Below, in pieces: positions 61,597-64,000 of a stretch of 64,000 nt of DNA (position 1 is its first letter; each line of letters starts with the position of its first letter). The notes under the pieces are model-generated. The model was not told where the DNA came from, did no database searches, and worked only from the letters and a program-made list of their open reading frames with translations. The DNA comes from an uncultured Nitrospiraceae bacterium (GTDB lineage Bacteria > Nitrospirota > Nitrospiria > Nitrospirales > Nitrospiraceae): NCBI GenBank assembly GCA_963846575.1, contig CAWJWJ010000002.1:1024001-1088000 (forward strand), given 5' to 3'. The position numbers and the translations under genes were made by a program.

Positions 61597-63102
61597 ATGC
61601 TGATACTGCCCGAGCCTGTCGCTCGTTCCTCTCACCGGCTGTCAAAGTCGCGCTACCTCTCCGGGCTGCAGTGCCACAAGCGTCTCTACCTGGAAATTCA
61701 CGCGCCGGCACTGGCTACTAAGCCTGACGCTGCCACGCAGGCCATTCTTGATATGGGCACAGACGTCGGTGAACTGGCTCGACAACGTTTCCCCGGCGGG
61801 CGGTTGGTCACGGCCGGGTATCGTCAATCACAGGAGGCGTTGGCCCAGACCGCGGACCTCCTTCAGGATCCGACTCTGCCGGCTATCTTCGAGGGCGCAT
61901 TTCAGTTCAATCAGGTACTGGTCCGCGTCGATGTCCTGCAACGGGTAGGCGTGAACGAACTGGGCCAACCGACATGGCGGCTCGTGGAGGTGAAATCATC
62001 TACGAAACTAAAAGCCACGCATCTGGATGATCTGACCATTCAGAGCTACGTTCTGGAGGGGATCGGCTTGGCCCTGGTGGATATCTGTCTGATGCACGTC
62101 AATACGCAATACGTATTCGATGGCCGGGAGCTCGATGTCGCACAACTCTTCACTGTGCGCTCCTTGAGCGAGACGGTGCGGCAGCGGTTGGCGGAAGTGC
62201 CTTCCCGATTGGCCGCGATGCACGGGATGCTGGGAGAGATGTCCGCTCCCCCCGTCACTCCGGACGAGCACTGTCAAAGTCCCTATGAATGTCCGTTTTG
62301 GGCCCATTGCACGCAGGAGAAGCCGCCCCGGTGGATCTATCACCTGCCCGGAAGCAGTAAAACCGTCACCCTGTTGCGTGAACTGGGAGTGGAGACCATC
62401 GATGAAATTCCCGCCCATATAGATCTGACGCCGGTGCAGCGGCGGGTGAAGGATAACCGGGAATGGATCGGACCGGGCTTAAGATCGGCTTTGTCCGGCA
62501 TTCGTTATCCCGTTCACCATCTCGATTTTGAAACCTTCATGCCGGCTGTCCCGAAATTCGTCGCGACCAGACCCTACCAGGTGATTCCTACTCAATGGTC
62601 CAACCACATCGAGCAGTCTGATGGAACCTTGAGCCATGCCGAATATCTCTGTCGGGACAGTCGGGACCCTCGCGAAGAATTGACCGTCAGTCTGTTAGCG
62701 TCGCTTGGGCAGGAGGGGAGCATCTGCGTGTATTCGAGTTACGAGCGCTCGATTCTGGAACGGCTCGCCGAAGATTTTCCGTTGTTCAGAAAGGATCTCA
62801 AAAACGTGATCGCCAGACTGTGGGATCTCCATGTGGTGATCCGGGATCATTATTATCATCCCGCTTTCGACGGGAGCTATTCGATCAAGGCCGTGTTGCC
62901 GGCGGTCGTGCCCTCCCTGAGTTACGGGGGTCTGGTGATCCGGGATGGCGGGGTGGCGGCCTGTGAGTACGCCCGTATGATCTTCGCCGTCAGCGACTGG
63001 ATTGAGAAGGCACAGATCGGAGAGGCATTGCTGCGGTATTGCGAAAGGGATACATTGGCGATGGTCGAACTGCGGAAGGAACTACGGAAAAGAGTAGATT
63101 AG
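61597..63102 (+). CDS. DUF2779-containing putative nuclease (Cas4/RecB-like + RNase H-like)
   Basis: LSKS.Y..GLQC.KRL; RVD.L...VEVKSS; HC..PYECPF..HC; LDFET; SIK.VLP; YC..DT. Confidence 0.85.
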   Translation: MLILPEPVARSSHRLSKSRYLSGLQCHKRLYLEIHAPALATKPDAATQAILDMGTDVGELARQRFPGGRLVTAGYRQSQEALAQTADLLQDPTLPAIFEGAFQFNQVLVRVDVLQRVGVNELGQPTWRLVEVKSSTKLKATHLDDLTIQSYVLEGIGLALVDICLMHVNTQYVFDGRELDVAQLFTVRSLSETVRQRLAEVPSRLAAMHGMLGEMSAPPVTPDEHCQSPYECPFWAHCTQEKPPRWIYHLPGSSKTVTLLRELGVETIDEIPAHIDLTPVQRRVKDNREWIGPGLRSALSGIRYPVHHLDFETFMPAVPKFVATRPYQVIPTQWSNHIEQSDGTLSHAEYLCRDSRDPREELTVSLLASLGQEGSICVYSSYERSILERLAEDFPLFRKDLKNVIARLWDLHVVIRDHYYHPAFDGSYSIKAVLPAVVPSLSYGGLVIRDGGVAACEYARMIFAVSDWIEKAQIGEALLRYCERDTLAMVELRKELRKRVD

Positions 63103-63233
63103 TACCTGGTTCTCGTCCTGATCCATTTCACCATCTGCACGCACGTCGTCTCGATTTTCTCGTCTGCCATCAGGGCAATGCCACCAAGAGCCAGAAGCGT
63201 CATCACCAGCGCGAAATCGGTTTGTTCAAACAT
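63099..63233 (-). CDS. 44-aa single-TM small protein
   Basis: GGAGG 5 nt before ATG; hydrophobic FALVMTLLALGGIALM. Confidence 0.5.
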   Translation of the reverse strand: MFEQTDFALVMTLLALGGIALMADEKIETTCVQMVKWIRTRTRY

Positions 63234-63619
63234 GCGGCCCTCCCGTGTGAAGCAGAGACTAACCCGGCCCTCCGCACGCGAACAGACCACTAGAGGCGGG
63301 GGATAGCCCTGTCCTCGGTAGGTGAGGACTCGCTGAACCAGTTCCTTTCGCCGGGGTTGAGCAGGAGGCCACAGGTCGAGAGAAACCTGATAGGACCGGT
63401 GATGCGGGGGGCATGTATCCGAAGCGACGGGCAGGTGACTTGTGAGCCCCGGCCGGGCAGGTGCTGTGTGACGGAGAAGTGTTGGACTGCCGAACTGAAG
63501 CGGCTGCCTGGGCGACGTGACCGATCCCGCTTACCTACTTGGAATCTAGACTGACTAAGAACAGATGGTTCAAGTTTCGTATTGCAGGAAAAGAAGTTCC
63601 CGGCATAGTCCGGGAACCA

Positions 63620-64000
63620 TCATCCGTCGATCCCCTTGGTTCGTCTCTGACGAGCGGCTTCCACTGCGTCTAGAATCCGCTTCTCGCGCGTCCCGGATCT
63701 CGCGGCCTCCTCGATCCGGCGCAGGATGTAGTTCCGCGCGCCCGGAGGGATAGCGGTGAAGTCGTCTAAGACACCTTCACCGCGAAGAGCCTTTTCGAGG
63801 TCGTTGGGAATCGCCGAGTCTAATTCCCGATCCAACACTCGCAAGTGCACTTTTACACGATCACCTTCTTGAAGGTTCGCTGCCGTGCGGATTTTCTTAC
63901 GGATGCGGATGTAATGCCTTCCGCTTCCGACAGGAGAGACGCTTACCTTAAAGGGTGCCGATTTGTTAATATGCGCCATAACCAGAACGGCCGCCTTCGT
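63620..64000 (-). CDS. DUF1905 / YdeI-OmpD-associated family protein; possibly 5'-partial
   Basis: IR.AANL..GD.V.V.L; IP.DL..AL; F..IPPG.R...L..I..A....TR.KRI; frame open to window end. Confidence 0.8.
   Translation of the reverse strand, partial: TKAAVLVMAHINKSAPFKVSVSPVGSGRHYIRIRKKIRTAANLQEGDRVKVHLRVLDRELDSAIPNDLEKALRGEGVLDDFTAIPPGARNYILRRIEEAARSGTREKRILDAVEAARQRRTKGIDG

Noticed and set aside
61597..64000. CRISPR-Cas locus around the Cas4-like nuclease
   Set aside because: No repeat-spacer array or other cas genes visible in the window.

Overview
Bacterial chromosome segment of roughly 60% GC by eye; the protein content suggests a Nitrospira-like organism (inference). Most of it is core genome: cinA-thpR...recA-recX-alaS-ruvX-mltG-deoC-deoB-ridA, grpE-dnaK-dnaJ-rsmE, valS-nadC-birA-coaX, cobB, a ChdC/Cld-like gene, slyD and a MATE pump. 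Accessory-looking parts: (i) a two-component/sigma54-type regulatory block at 3.3-10.3 kb; (ii) an ~8.4-kb stress/osmotic block (nhaA, BON proteins, SmbP-like, DUF1328) between thpR and recA; (iii) a chemosensory operon cheY-cheA-cheV-mcp-cheW next to a decayed GAF histidine-kinase pseudogene. The best candidate for an undescribed system is the chemosensory locus. Its CheA carries a tandem MshEN-like (c-di-GMP-binding-type) motif in place of P2, its MCP has a c-type heme motif, and it is preceded by a highly structured leader with a terminator and a competing antiterminator. Other leads: a secreted 5xIPT/TIG protein with three DG[ST]CC loops paired with a YCF48-like propeller, a RomR-like regulator by valS, an unannotated 39-aa basic protein, nadC lacking a canonical start for its conserved N-terminus, and several enzymes with altered catalytic motifs. 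I found no tRNA, rRNA, CRISPR array or transposase. All calls are by-eye motif recognition; no searches were run.
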